The notes under the pieces are model-generated. The model was not told the origin of the DNA, did not search any database, and saw only the letters and a list, made by a program, of their open reading frames with translations. DNA of 63,806 nt, counting the filler, from Reticulomyxa filosa (Eukaryota; Protista; Foraminifera): the NCBI GenBank assembly GCA_000512085.1. It is 20 parts of 20 records of this genome, joined end to end, with 100 filler letters (N's around TTAATTAATTAA, not from the genome) between each part and the next. Parts side by side here need not be neighbours in the genome. Positions count along the whole stretch, not along the records: positions 49,045 to 54,537 come from ASPP01009905.1; positions 54,638 to 57,233 come from ASPP01003333.1; positions 57,334 to 61,572 come from ASPP01004845.1; positions 61,673 to 63,806 come from ASPP01022980.1; 16 more parts are not named here. One strand, given 5' to 3'. Position numbers and translations under genes: made by a program. Positions 51,784 to 63,806 of this stretch are shown piece after piece. The first letter of the stretch is position 1, and each line of letters starts with the position of its first letter.

Positions 51784-54508
51784 TTATGCTTTGTTCGCTT
51801 CTTCTTCGTGTTTGTGGTGTTTTCCTTTCCGGAACAATTTGAGGAATGAGCGTGGTTTTCTTGCAGCTTTCAAATATGCCAATGGTGCCATGACATAATC
51901 AGGATGGTCTTTGTCAAGTTGGAACTCAGCAAATCCCATATCTAAAAAAAAAATAAAATAAAAATGTTAATGAAGGAGTTAGTAAAAAGATCATAGAAGC
52001 AAAAGATCAATGAACCAAATGATCCAACAAACAAAAAGAAGTACAAATCCGTAACGTTGTCTGGACTTGAGTTGGTCTCCCTTATTCGATTTAAGCGCTT
52101 GTTGAGCCAAGTGTTGTTTAACATCATCAATGAAATTAGCACGCAATTCACTGTATCTTTCCAACTCCTCGATGACATGCAGCCTTGTGGGAAAGTACAT
52201 TCTCCGAATATACCGAAAGACGAGTTCAGGAAAAACACAAAGCCACACAATGAACATGACGATAAACCACATCACAGGCATTCGGAAGGCATACTGGGCA
52301 ACCTGATAAATATCATCGTTGCCCCAGCCCAAGGACAGCGGGATTGCGCTCCACACAATGGCGAACACAAACCAAAGCAGCAATGACAAGAAGAAGACCA
52401 CAGCCGTCCAAGACGTCCATGTTTTGGTTTCAATCATCATTTTGACAGTGGCAATAGTGACCAAAGCAGTGAACATGGTGGTAGCAGAGACCCAAAACCC
52501 GCCAATCTTTCCGTCGGAAGTAGTCTGGGAGTCGATCAAAAAGATGGAGCCAAAGAAGACAACAATGGAGTGCACGATTCCCTCAAAGACGTATACACCA
52601 AACAGCAGCAAGCCGAAGGATCCATGTTTAGGCCATTATCGTAAAGCTCCGGACAGCAGCGAGCAATTTCTTTGGAATAAGGTCGATCAATAGTGGCAGT
52701 GAACAGGACGGGCAAAGCAGTGAAGACGAGATTGAAACAGGAGCCACTAAAGGCATCATAAAACAAGGTTCCGCTGTAGCCACTAAAAAAGAGAACCAAA
52801 TCTGAGTCATGCTAAAGCAGATATTTTTATAAAACGAGTACAAAATGAGAACCGATATGCGTCGATAATCCCAAGCGCCATGGACTAATAGCAGTTCTTG
52901 CAAAAAGCGAAACTGGCCAATGGCATAATCACTCGCCATAACAGCTTGGAGTCCCTCCTGGCCACTAATGCCAATACCGACATGAGCAGCTTTAATCATA
53001 GGTACGTCATTAGCACCATCTCCAATAGCCAGCGTGATCGCCCCTGTCACGTTATTCTTGACCAACTGTACCATTTGCGCTTTCTGAATGGGTGACACAC
53101 GACAGCAGACCACGGCCCTGCACTTCTTGCACATGTAGAGCAGCTTCCGTTGCAATCGTTTTTCCTCTTGCAATTGCTCCATGGAGGGAGGGATTTCTTT
53201 TCCACTGGTATCACGTTTGCGATGAGGGAACACGCAACTCAATGCTTTGCCAGACACGACCAAGCCTTGATTGGGATTGTTCTCGCGACTATGTTGTAAA
53301 CACTCTGACGCTTTATCAAACTCTTCTTCCGTGATTCTTTTGGCTTCTTTATCCGATAGCTTTTCATCTGGATCGATCACGATCAATGACTTGTCCTTCT
53401 CACTCATCGCCGATGTCAACAAACGACACGAACGTCCAATATTAATCGCCGTCTCCACTTTATCCCCGGTCAACACCCAGATACTAATGCCTGCAATCGC
53501 CAGATTGGCTATCGTGTCCGGCACCTTATCTTGCAACCTATCTTCGATTGCTGTCGCTCCCAATAATGTCAACTCGCGCTCGATCTTGTCGAAACATTCG
53601 TCTACTAACTCGTCGCGATTGTCCATTGCTGCGCGTGCTATCGTCAGCTCGCGGAGCCACTCCCAGTATACGTCTGGCTCCAACTCGCGCATGCCGCATA
53701 CCAACGTGCGCAGTCCCTCCGCCGCAAACTGCGCCAGCGAGTCGAGCAATGGCGGCCACGGGCCATCCTTTTCGCTTTGTCGCAAGCGTTGGTATATCAC
53801 GTTGTCCGCGCCTTTTGTGTACAGTTTCATCTTGCCGTCGCGAGGGTCTTTCAGAATCACCGACATGCGCTTGCGTGCACTTGAAAACTCCAAAAAGTGG
53901 TAAATCTCAAAGTCATGATTGGTCCCAAAGATATTCACAGAAAAGCGCTCGCCGTCTACCACTTTGCTCTGCTCCGAAGAAGAAGAAGAAGAAGAAGAAG
54001 AAGAAGAAGAAGAAAAAGAGTGGGGATGTTTCACTTCAAGTTGGAGTGACTGCGAGTCATGGAATACGTAGTGCATGTGCCGTGCAAATACTACTAATGC
54101 CTTTTCGTCGGGGGACGAGGCTTGATAGATTATATTCGCGTAATCTGCAGTGGTGTCCGACGCTGATGTTTCCGTCTTTGTCCTTTTTTCTTCTTCCTTC
54201 TTTTCTTCTTCATCACTATTATAATTATCATTATAATTATTATTATCATTATCGTCGTCGCCGTTGTCGTCGTTGTCGTTGTTGCCATTGCCTTGTCCTC
54301 CTCGTCGACTCGCACTGTCGTCACTCCAATCCACGTTACTCCAATCCTTATCGTTGTCATCGCGCTGTTTCTGATCCTTTTTCGCAGATTGCTTTTCCTC
54401 GTCCCTCTCCGGAATTATGGAGTGGCATGTCGCCATCAAGGTCAAAAACTCGTCCACGATCTTTCGGTCACGTCGATGAGCCAGACGATTGTCTGTAAAT
54501 CTGAACAA
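51784..54508 (-). CDS. P4-type ATPase phospholipid flippase (ATP8/Drs2-like), 3' two-thirds
   Basis: YQASSPDEKALV, EFSSARKRMSV, KGAD, GLRTL, GATAIEDRLQ, WVLTGDKVETA, VCCRVSPIQKA, LAIGDGANDV, GQEGLQA, YSFYKN, TM helices, final exon GFAEF. Two single-base frameshifts at about 52785-52790 and 52631-52632. Confidence 0.93.
53976..54014 (+). repeat. (GAA)13 microsatellite encoding poly-Ser in the flippase
   Basis: Perfect trinucleotide run. Confidence 0.95.
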
Positions 54509-54786
54509 AAAGAGCCATTTTTATTATTATTATTATTNNNNNNNNNNNNNNNNNNNNNNNNNNNNNNNNNNNNNNNNNNNNTTAATTAATTAANNNNNNN
54601 NNNNNNNNNNNNNNNNNNNNNNNNNNNNNNNNNNNNNAAAAAAAAAATTAATAAAAAAAGACACTTGGACCAAACAATAAATACACAAAGAAGAAAAAAA
54701 AATGTAGGACAACATTTTGAAATGTTTCCTTGAACATAGGCTTGTTTTGGTAATGTTGTTTATCCAATAGTTCTTCTCTTTATTGT

Positions 54787-57110
54787 TTACAATTTGGTGG
54801 AAGTTCTAGGCCGGGTTGGTGACGCCGTCGCATTTGCAGTTGGTGATATTTGGTGATGACCATTTTTGGTGGAATCAATAGTTGAAGTGGCACTGGGTGT
54901 TTGAATATTAGAAGGGGCCAAAGAATGCGTATGAAGAACTCCACTATTGCGTTGGTATTTTCGATTTACACTTTTAGGACGATCGAGTTCTCTTTCGTCA
55001 ATTTCAGTACCTTCATCTAATTGTTCTTGAAGTTTGCGAAGTTCTTGCAAGTCACGTTGTTGCTTTTGGAGTTGTGTCTTCCAAATTTCATCTGTCGTTG
55101 CTTCCAATATGGAAGGACTTTTATGTTCTCGACTCGGTTGAGCATCAATATCCAAAGATTTTATTTTGTTCAAACTTAGTGTTGGACTCTCCATTCGTTT
55201 CTCTTCATTGTCTTTTCCATTTATCTGTTTTGTCGTCGTTGTCATTGTCGTTGTCGTTGTCGTTGTATTCGTAGCATTGTTTGTTGTGTTTGTATTTGCT
55301 GTTGTTGTAGCATTAGCATTAATATTAGCATTAGCAGTAGCTGCATCTTTTTCCATTTTAATTTTCTCCAACTCTTTTTTCATAAAATCGAGATTAACAT
55401 TGATATTTTTCAAAAACAAAGGCCCCGCTAATTTTTCGGGTAATAATCGCGACCATATTTCAAACCAAGGTTTGATGACATGATTAATGAATCCCGTTTG
55501 ACACGTTGGCAAATCAGTTTTGGTGCGATCGCACACTTGTGTCACAGGTAATCCGCACTCTTTTTCCCTATCGCCTTGCATCCAAAATTCTTTCATCACA
55601 CAATCAGCCCATTTTTTATACAGCCGCAAAGGCTTGGAAGGATTGCTTAAGTCGGCAGTGTGTACGGCCAAAGGAATTAACACAGCAGCCAACTCTTGTT
55701 TATTGTCAAAGACACTCGGTTCGCGAGGAGGCTGTTGTTGTCCTGCCTGACTTGGAGGCGAAGAGGCATACTTGTTATGTTGTGAATGATCTGGATCGCC
55801 TTGATCATTATCATTATCATTATCATTATCATTATCATTATCATTACCATGATCATCACCATCACCATGACCATCAATATCATCATTATCATCATTATCC
55901 GAGTCTGTAACTCCCCACATTTCCAATTCAACTCCTGCTTCATTCAATGCATCAATCAATTCGGTAAGCATATCTTGCTGTCGTTTATGCTTGCTCATAT
56001 CTGTAGCCAAAATAGCCTCAATCAGAATAAAACGAAATCTTCTCCGTTCCACAAGTGAACGTCCTTCCAAAATATTGCATCCTGGTCGCTTCAATACCTC
56101 CCATGTCTTTGCTGCGTGCATGTTTTCCAGCACGCTGACATCATTGTAGCAAATTGCCAATGGGCTTTCCAAATTGATTTCAAAGGGATTGTTGTTGCCC
56201 GGATGGCCCACATCATGACAAGCTGCACTTACCAAGCATGACAACACATCCAATCCATTCAATCCCTCGAATATATTGCATTTCAAAAAGTAGTTGGTGT
56301 TGATCAATACATCAATTCCATGCACGTGATTATGATAAGGATTATTCTTATATTCCTGCGCAATTTGCAAAAAGAAATTGCCCATATTTTCCACATTCAA
56401 TCCGTATTGTTGCGATAATCCCTTCTTTTCCACAATCGCTCCAAACACAACTGCCATGGTATAGTTTCCACACAGTTGCGCCATATCAAACACATCAAAG
56501 TCCCACTCCTCTACTTTTTGCAATTTTGCTAAAACGTTACCATTGGCCCGCCACTTTTGTAGCTTTGTCACTGGCACACATATATGTACATATATATGTA
56601 TATATGTATATATGTATATACAATATTTATGCATTTTTTTTAAAAAAGAGATAAAAAAAAAAAAAAGAAAAGTGTGTATATATGTACAACACAAATGATT
56701 TTTTTTTTTTTTTGAAAAAAGGGAAACAAAAAAAAAAAAAAAAAAAAAACAATAGTCGAAACCTACTTTTTTCTTGCCGATCATAGGCGAGTCTCTACTT
56801 TCACTAATCTCACTTTCAGAAACGGATATTTCTCGATCGTCGATATTGGCCGCACCCAATCCCAAATACGAGGTATTGTCATCGGCGAGAAAGTCTTCGA
56901 CCAGCCATTTGGCGACAGCTCTTTCGCCTTCGTTATTTTGTTCCTTGTCTTTGCTGGCATCTTCCAAATACGCTCGTCGAGCATCGGTGGCGATACTTGT
57001 GGTTTGCGACAAGGTACTCATTCCGCCAATGGTGCCACCGTCTTCGGTGAACATGGGATTGGCAGCAGCAAGTCCTGTCATTCCAATTCCCACTCCATTT
57101 CCTTGGCCAG

Positions 57111-57149
<39 letters not shown>

Positions 57150-57216
57150 GCGAAGTATTCCATGCATTCAATTGCTGATTAAGTTGGGCTAATGTCTTTA
57201 ACACCGAGTCAAACAA
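54787..57216 (-). CDS. Class I 3',5'-cyclic nucleotide phosphodiesterase, 3' part
   Basis: WDFDVF, NPYHNHVHGIDV, HDVGHPGNNN, YNDVSVLENMH, ILATDM, HTADLSNP, EFWMQGDRE, QTGFI. Probable 192-nt intron 56762-56571 is read through in the ORF track. Confidence 0.95.
55804..55845 (+). repeat. (ATCATT)7 hexamer repeat encoding (DN)n inside the PDE catalytic domain
   Basis: Direct reading. Confidence 0.9.
57112..57147 (+). repeat. (ATT)12 microsatellite encoding poly-Asn
   Basis: Direct reading. Confidence 0.95.
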
Positions 57217-57379
57217 TTGAGTGTTTTCGTTTGNNNNNNNNNNNNNNNNNNNNNNNNNNNNNNNNNNNNNNNNNNNNTTAATTAATTAANNNNNNNNNNN
57301 NNNNNNNNNNNNNNNNNNNNNNNNNNNNNNNNNTTTTTTATTTTTAAAAAAAAAAAAAAAAAAAAAAAGGGTCCCAAAG

Positions 57380-58948
57380 GTGAAAGAAAATAATGAGCAA
57401 AAAAAAGATGCCAAGTTTCAAGAGAAAGCCAAAGATGAATTGAAAGATGTGATAGACTCCAAATTGGAGGAAGAGTTGCTGTCGTTCACATCATCCAATG
57501 ACATTGCAGCGACACCGGAATATCTGAAAGACAGCCTCGACGACAGCAACGACGCAGACCTCGCCGCTGCGGATGATGGTGCATTTGCGACGACAGACAC
57601 CAGCGGCGACGAACGTCAGAGGGAATATTTTTTGACGTCTGCGGATTCATCCGACTTGCAGTCCTCTCGACCTTGGCTTCGCCATAAGCCTCATTGGAGT
57701 GAACAATCCAGGTCCATTTTTTATTTTATTTTTTTTTGACAACACACAGCCCACAACTATTTGTAAGTCAGAGAGGAGGAAGAAATTCACACATTTTTGA
57801 TTGGTTTGACATATTTTTTTACTGCGTGCATGTGTACGTATACATTTTTACACGTGCACGTTTATAAATTTATATATGTATATACATATATGTATATATA
57901 TTTTTTTTTTTGGAAATAACAGAATACCGATAGATTCGTCACAAACGCAAGAACTGAAGGGTTGGTTGGAAAATAACAAATTTGGCCAGTTTTTTCAAAA
58001 GATGTATGAAAGTGGTGTTGAGACATTAGATGACTTGCATGCACTGCAAACTGAAAACGATGTGATGGCATTGGCCGGTTCGACTGGTGTCAATATGAGC
58101 ATTATGTTCCGAAAAAAGTTTGTTCGTTGTGTTTTGGAGTTGTCTTCGGCTTCATCGACGAATGGTAACTACACTACCGAAACTTTGAACCAAGACGATC
58201 CGACTGAGGAGACAAGAGGGTTGAGCAAAGCCGAGCAAAAAGCACTCACTGATCTGACCTCTGCTATCAAAGAACACTCTGTTCAACTCAAAACAACCCG
58301 AGATGATTTGGCCAGTAAGTGAGTGGTTTTATTATGTTGCTTACTTATTTGTTTTTGGTATTTACTATTATATATCTTCTCTTATGTTTGATGTTTGTGA
58401 CTGTGGGTCTTTTTAAGATATCAAAAAGCAGGCCGAAGACTTACGCCAGAAAATAAGCGAATTGTTTGATAAAGCAATGGGGGTACTATTGGTTCGCAGA
58501 AAACATCTGGAAAATTCAATCAATTTGAAAGAGACGGAAAGAACAGAGATGTTGCAAAAAAGAATTGATGATTTCCAAAAGTCAGCCAAAAATTTGCTGA
58601 AAGTTATGTGTCATTCTCCCAAAAAAAAAATACCGGAGTTTTGTGCAAAGAATATTGTGTATGATATAAAAATAAAAGTGTAAGCTATTAATTGAACAAC
58701 AATTCAAAACCACATCTAGTGGACCAGAGCGGCACCACTTTGTTGCAACTTCAGTTGACACTGCAATGAAGGCATGCCCTTCTAAAGAGTACGAGCGTGT
58801 AGATGTTGTGTTTGATCAAGGCAGCGTATCCTTAATTGAAGTAATTTTTCTTTTTTTTTTTAAATTTTGGATAACTTTGTTGGCTTGTTTGAATAGTTCT
58901 TGGAAAACTATGGCAGAATTGCTGTGGCAATACCAAAAGTTTAGGTAA
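57380..58948 (+). CDS. SAM-domain plus coiled-coil protein, multi-exon
   Basis: ELKGWLENNKFGQFFQKMYESGVETLDDLHAL...FRKKFVRCVLEL (SAM), then a BBC-like coiled coil (ISELFDKAMGVLLVRRKHLENSI). Confidence 0.75.
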
Positions 58949-59168
58949 GTCAAAGGTGAACACAACCATTTTCAAATGGTTTTAATTGTAATTGGTATTT
59001 TTGTTGTTTTTTCTCTTTTGCAAAGAAATTTCATTGGTCCACGGGAATTTCTTTTGACATAAAGAACTATAACAAATTTGAAGTCACAGTATAATCAACT
59101 CTGAATACAATCTCCATTATTACAGTACCCACTTTTTTTTCCATTCTTTAAAAAAAAAAAGAGGGAGG

Positions 59169-61494
59169 TCACGCCGTTTCCTTAGAACGATTTACAGGTT
59201 GCAAGAGATCAAGGATACTTTTTTCTTTTTTTAAACGACGGGCCATTTTGAATGGTGTTTCTTTGGTCTGTTCGTTTTTGGCCGAAAAATGAAATAAACA
59301 ATAGAATAAAGGCAAAAGAAAAATAAACATACCAATCCGACAGTCTTCATTTCCAATAATTCATTCCAAACATTTGGTGCCATTTGTTGTTGCAAACATT
59401 TTAATCGATATAGATCTCTGTCATGTGGGTTCATTAAACTCAAATGAACCACATTGCATCCTTCAAAATCACTCATTTCCTAATCAAAAGCCACAATATG
59501 TGAGTGTAACTGAATAATCCTATTTTCATTAACACAAAAAACAAAATGACCGTGAATAGATACATACATTTAATGTCAGTTTCCAAAATTCTGCATCTGC
59601 CATTTTTGGAATAAGCGATGAGAGAATGCTATTTTCGATTTCAGGCGATTTCCACAGTGCATACATTAACGGGGTAAATCCACACTGTCGTTTATTTGGA
59701 TACAATGTCAAGAAATGGAAGATTAAAATTATATGTACGTATATAAAACAAAGATAAAAGTTAATTTTTGTATACGTAACCGTATCAGTGATTTGAAGGA
59801 GTCGCTCCATAGTTTCGGGAGGAACGTACTGGCAAAGAACTTGAATACGAGACAGAATATTTGGTAGAGAGTGTCCAAATAACAAGTGCAATACAGTCTT
59901 TTTTGCCTAAAGAAACAAAAGAAGGTGTTTGTTGTTGTTTATTGCCTTGTTTTCGTAGAATGGAAACAAACAAACAAGCAAATAAACAAAAACAAAACAA
60001 ATTCTTGAGTACACCGCATTTCCCAAAATTCGACATTTTCTTGCTGTTGCTTAGGAACGAGAGCTCCGACAATGTTTGCAGTCAAATTTGGTTGATACAA
60101 CACCGCTTCCATCAAAGGATTCAAGCCGTGCTATGTCCCACAGCATTGTACAAAGCAAGCAAACGAACAAACAAAGGAAAGGCACAAAGACAAACATACA
60201 ACAGTTTCTTGAGTGAGAATGAACTTTTCCCACATGCCGTCGGAAATATTTTGTTTCAGCAGCGCCAATATCAGCGACACATCCATGAAGACATTTCGCA
60301 TGGCAAAATGAACGCAAGAGATATTGAACTGAGGAAATGTGGAGCCGCATACGCATACAACATGCAGTTGCCATTAACATATGTACGTATACATAATACA
60401 TATATATATGTATACATATATAAGCATGTTTCACTCACTCTATTTATTTATTATTTATTAACTTTGTCCAAAGCATTCCATACTAAATTGGCATTGCTAG
60501 CGTCGGACGGGACAAACAACAGGATGGCATCGACGTACGATTGCCTTCGGAGGGCATACATGAGTGGATAGGCTCCAAACTCATTAGGCTCAACCAACTG
60601 TTTTTGTACAACTTGCGTCGGAATGAATTGATTGCTGTGCAGCAACTCCTTGGCGCAATTGTATTGCAAATGAGTTTCGTTGGCCATTTGCGCGACAAAG
60701 TTGTTTTTTTGGGCGTCTTTTCCGTTGAGAATGAGTTCCGAGTGTTTGAACTGAAGCGGATAAAACAGCATCAAAGGAGCCAAGGCATGATGATCAAAGC
60801 CGGCAATTTGCAATTGGAAATCAAAGGAATTGACATAAGCTTCTTTGGAGGCGCCATAGATGAGCAGACTTTTCTCTTCCAATTTTTTCAAGTAGTCATT
60901 GTATTGTCGTTGATATCTGGCTGTGGCTTTTAGCAGCAGTTCCACTTGTCCGACAATGCTTTCCTCGTCGCAAGTGAATACTAAGTATATCTTAAGACTC
61001 TTGGACAGCTTCCAAAAGTGTTTCGCAGTTTTTTCGCCCGTCTCATTGTACGTGCCACGATTGGCATTAGAGACATTCGCAGTGGTGGTGGTGGTGGTCA
61101 ATGTAACAGCTTTGCGAGTTGTCGATTGTGGAACAATGCCCAGTTCGTTTTGGACGCACATGATTGTGAATGATGGGTCTTTGTGGTGTTGCACAAAGTC
61201 CAACAGCTGCGTTAGACCGCACTTCAAGTCGACCCAGGTGTCAAACATGGCTTGACAACTGATGATATCGAGCACGTGCGCGGTTTTGGGAAATCTCGCA
61301 TGCTTGTGGTCCAGCTCTGCCTTTTGCTGACATTGCGAAAAAGTGAGGACGGGACAAGAGACAAAGTGACACCCTTTGCACTCGCGAAACAGTTGCTTCA
61401 GTTGCAATTGAAACGCTGGATTCAACTTCTGCGCACGCAAGAGCAAATGCGTCAAATATAAATCAAACTCATACATTGGTTTGGGTGTGAACAA
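59169..61494 (-). CDS. Degenerate RelA/SpoT-like nucleotidyltransferase domain fused to ankyrin-like repeats, multi-exon, 5' truncated
   Basis: LLLRAQKLNPAFQ...CPVLTFSQCQQKAELDH...FPKTAHVLDIISC...VQNEL...KSLKIYLVF...IVGQVELLL, then repeats GAYPLMYAL, GLNPLMEAV, GFTPLMYAL, GCNVVHLSL. Last exon ends at TGA 59171-59169. Confidence 0.6.
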
Positions 61495-61540
61495 TATAAC
61501 ATTGTCATTGTTGTTGTTATTATTATTTTCATTGTTATCA

Positions 61541-61545
<5 letters not shown>

Positions 61546-61572
<27 letters not shown>
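61546..61572 (+). repeat. (ACT)n microsatellite at contig end
   Basis: Direct reading. Confidence 0.85.
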
Positions 61573-62535
61573 NNNNNNNNNNNNNNNNNNNNNNNNNNNN
61601 NNNNNNNNNNNNNNNNTTAATTAATTAANNNNNNNNNNNNNNNNNNNNNNNNNNNNNNNNNNNNNNNNNNNNGTACGAACATACGATAAAATGCTGCTTC
61701 CGAAATGTAAATGAGTCTCCGCGTTGCCGCACTACGATTGCATAATCGATTATGCTGCCAATAAATAAATGCAATTCCTTTTTTTTTTTTTTTTTATTTT
61801 TAAAAAGGGGTAGAACACATGCTTGCACAATGAACAAATTTTTTTGACTGAGCTTGAAATAGCGAAGATTTAAAAATAAACCAATAAGCATAAAAATCTT
61901 TAAACACAATTTTCAACTTAAAAAAAACACATACATAATGCACACATATGTAAATATAACACTGTTCATCAGTAATGATTGAAGTACTCAGTACCAGTAA
62001 ACATTATCGGAAAGGGAAAATTGTAAAGCACGTTTTTATTCATTATCGTTCCGGCGACTGATGAAAGTACCCAAAAAAATAATAAAAGCCAAATTCCTAT
62101 TTTTGGAATAGCACCTCTGCCATGAGACGGTTTGTTTTTCATCATAACGAATGAGAGCGATAAGGTGCTTATTTGTGAACTTTTATTTCCCTTTCTAAAG
62201 GCGGCTTATTTCTGTTTTTGTAAACTACCCAGTTTGGGATTTAAGTGTTTTTAGATTGTGATAGCACAATTTCAAAAACAAGACAAACACATCATTCGAA
62301 ATTTAACTTTTTGGATCTGAGTTACTTATACCAACGAACAGAAATAAGTTTGTTAGAATTTGCGATAATCGGGCAAAAAGAGTGAAAAACATGAATAACT
62401 AAGGAAAGAAAAAGAGTGCACAAAAAAAAAAATTGGTCAGAGGTGCCTATCACCACACTTTTCAACAACAACACAAAACACGTTAAACAAAAAAAAAGAA
62501 AAAAAGAAGATAAAAACAAAGGAAACACATTTGTA

Positions 62536-63801
62536 CTAATATTGTACGCGAGGTTTAATAAAATTAATATTTTGGTTAATTTTTTCAGACTGCTGTCTTT
62601 GAGTGCCCTCAGATTTGAACTGTTTACTTTCTTCCACATTCGGTAAGGGTTCGCTGTTCCTAACTGTTTGAGCCAGTGCATCCTGTCCCGATTCTTGCAA
62701 TATGCTTGCCAATTTGAATTTGACTTGAGGATGCAATGGATTTAATCGATAAGCGATACGTAGCACGTGTTCAGCCTCAGACACATCATCAGGATTTCTT
62801 TTGTGTCTATAACTTCTGCTTTGAAGATAAGCATCGCTCAAGCCTAAATACGCATCGATATAAGTGGGATCGATGTGAATTGTATGTGAAAAATGGTCAA
62901 TGGCTTTGTCAAACTATGAACAAAGAAAAAAAAAAAAAAAGGAAGGAGTCGAAAGGAACAGAAGGGGATATAGCTTAACTACTTCCAGCACTTTGTATTC
63001 ATAGCCAACAAAAAAATGATGAACGTCATTGTTCGGAGCCAATCGAAGCATGGTCTCATGAATGGCAAGCAAGCGTCGATGTTTGCTCTGTTTTTCCAAG
63101 TCGGTCAAAGGCTTTTTATGCGCTTTTTTGCGTTTGCTGTTGTCCAAGTCTTTTTCAATTTCGGTGACTTCATCCAAAAGTTCTATCCATTCTGTGTATG
63201 ACACGCTTATTTGAATGGCGCCAGCCAAGACATCGCCGACATTCAACACCGCATGAAACTTTTGTATGAATTATCCCGACATTGTTCCATGTGAATTTGC
63301 TTCATTGCTAGGTTGTAAACATATACATATACATATATAAATGAATCCAATGAATAAAGAAACAAAAAAATGGACATATTTCATAGTGAAAATACAACTC
63401 AACCAAAATTCAGGAACATAAAGGCCCTGATCAAACTCTTTCCAATTGGTGCCACTAACCCCGACGAAGAAAATACCATAGTCATCATCTTTATTGTTGT
63501 GCAAATACGGCAAGGGCTTGAAATATTGGAACTGGAACCCATCCTTTTGCTTCCAAATGCTTCGATCAAAAATGTACATTGGCTCGTCTGCTGCGTTAAA
63601 ACGATTGTACGTTTGCGGGGACGTTGTGTTCAAAGTGTCATTTTGCAGCTGAGCTTTTGCATTGTCCATTGCTGTCTCCGCTGCTGTGCTTTGGACGCAA
63701 TCTTCGGGGTACAATGACTCTTTGCTTCGCATAAAATGATTGAAATACTGCGCCAATGTCGCATTCGTCGTACCGATGCCACTGTTTAATACCAATTCCA
63801 A
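62536..63801 (-). CDS. JmjC (cupin-8/JMJD8-like) domain plus TPR-like repeats, internally deleted or disrupted
   Basis: PMYIFD, GIFFVG.SGT, GLYVPEFW and FHAVLNVGDVLA (JmjC C-terminal HxVxN). Then TPR-like units MLRLAPNN and AEHVLRIAYRLNPLHPQVKFKLASIL. Confidence 0.6.
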
Positions 63802-63806
63802 TGACT

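Noticed and set aside
53271-54498. Long antisense ORFs (210 and 316 aa) over the flippase, and similar ones over the PDE and ankyrin genes
   Set aside because: Expected shadow frames of GC-richer coding and microsatellite sequence, with no independent motifs.

Overview
This window is not one locus. It is 20 unrelated contigs joined by 19 identical artificial 100-nt spacers (N44-TTAATTAATTAA-N44), so no synteny can be read across spacers. The DNA is AT-rich, intron-containing eukaryotic nuclear sequence. The long A/T homopolymer introns, the characteristic WD40 family and the heavy pseudogene load suggest a foraminiferan/rhizarian such as Reticulomyxa filosa (inference). Recognisable genes: alpha/beta hydrolase, a complete five-exon BACTERIAL-type RtcB RNA ligase with an N-terminal extension, LRR protein, NEK1-like kinase, coiled-coil protein, AKAP7-like 2H phosphoesterase, histidine acid phosphatase, DHX35-like helicase, an atypical HLDLSLEN kinase, a PP4 catalytic subunit with a GDLVNRG (D to N) motif, a PPC-domain secreted protein, P4-ATPase flippase, class I cyclic-nucleotide PDE, SAM-domain proteins, a degenerate RelA/SpoT-like nucleotidyltransferase fused to ankyrin-like repeats, and a JmjC-TPR gene with an internal deletion. 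Pseudogenes include a DNA-PKcs fragment and several WD40 copies. A 928-bp element with long terminal inverted repeats (TA|CAGT...ACTG) looks like a non-autonomous Tc1/mariner-type transposon. No tRNA, rRNA or CRISPR array was found. All homology calls are by eye from motifs; no searches were run.
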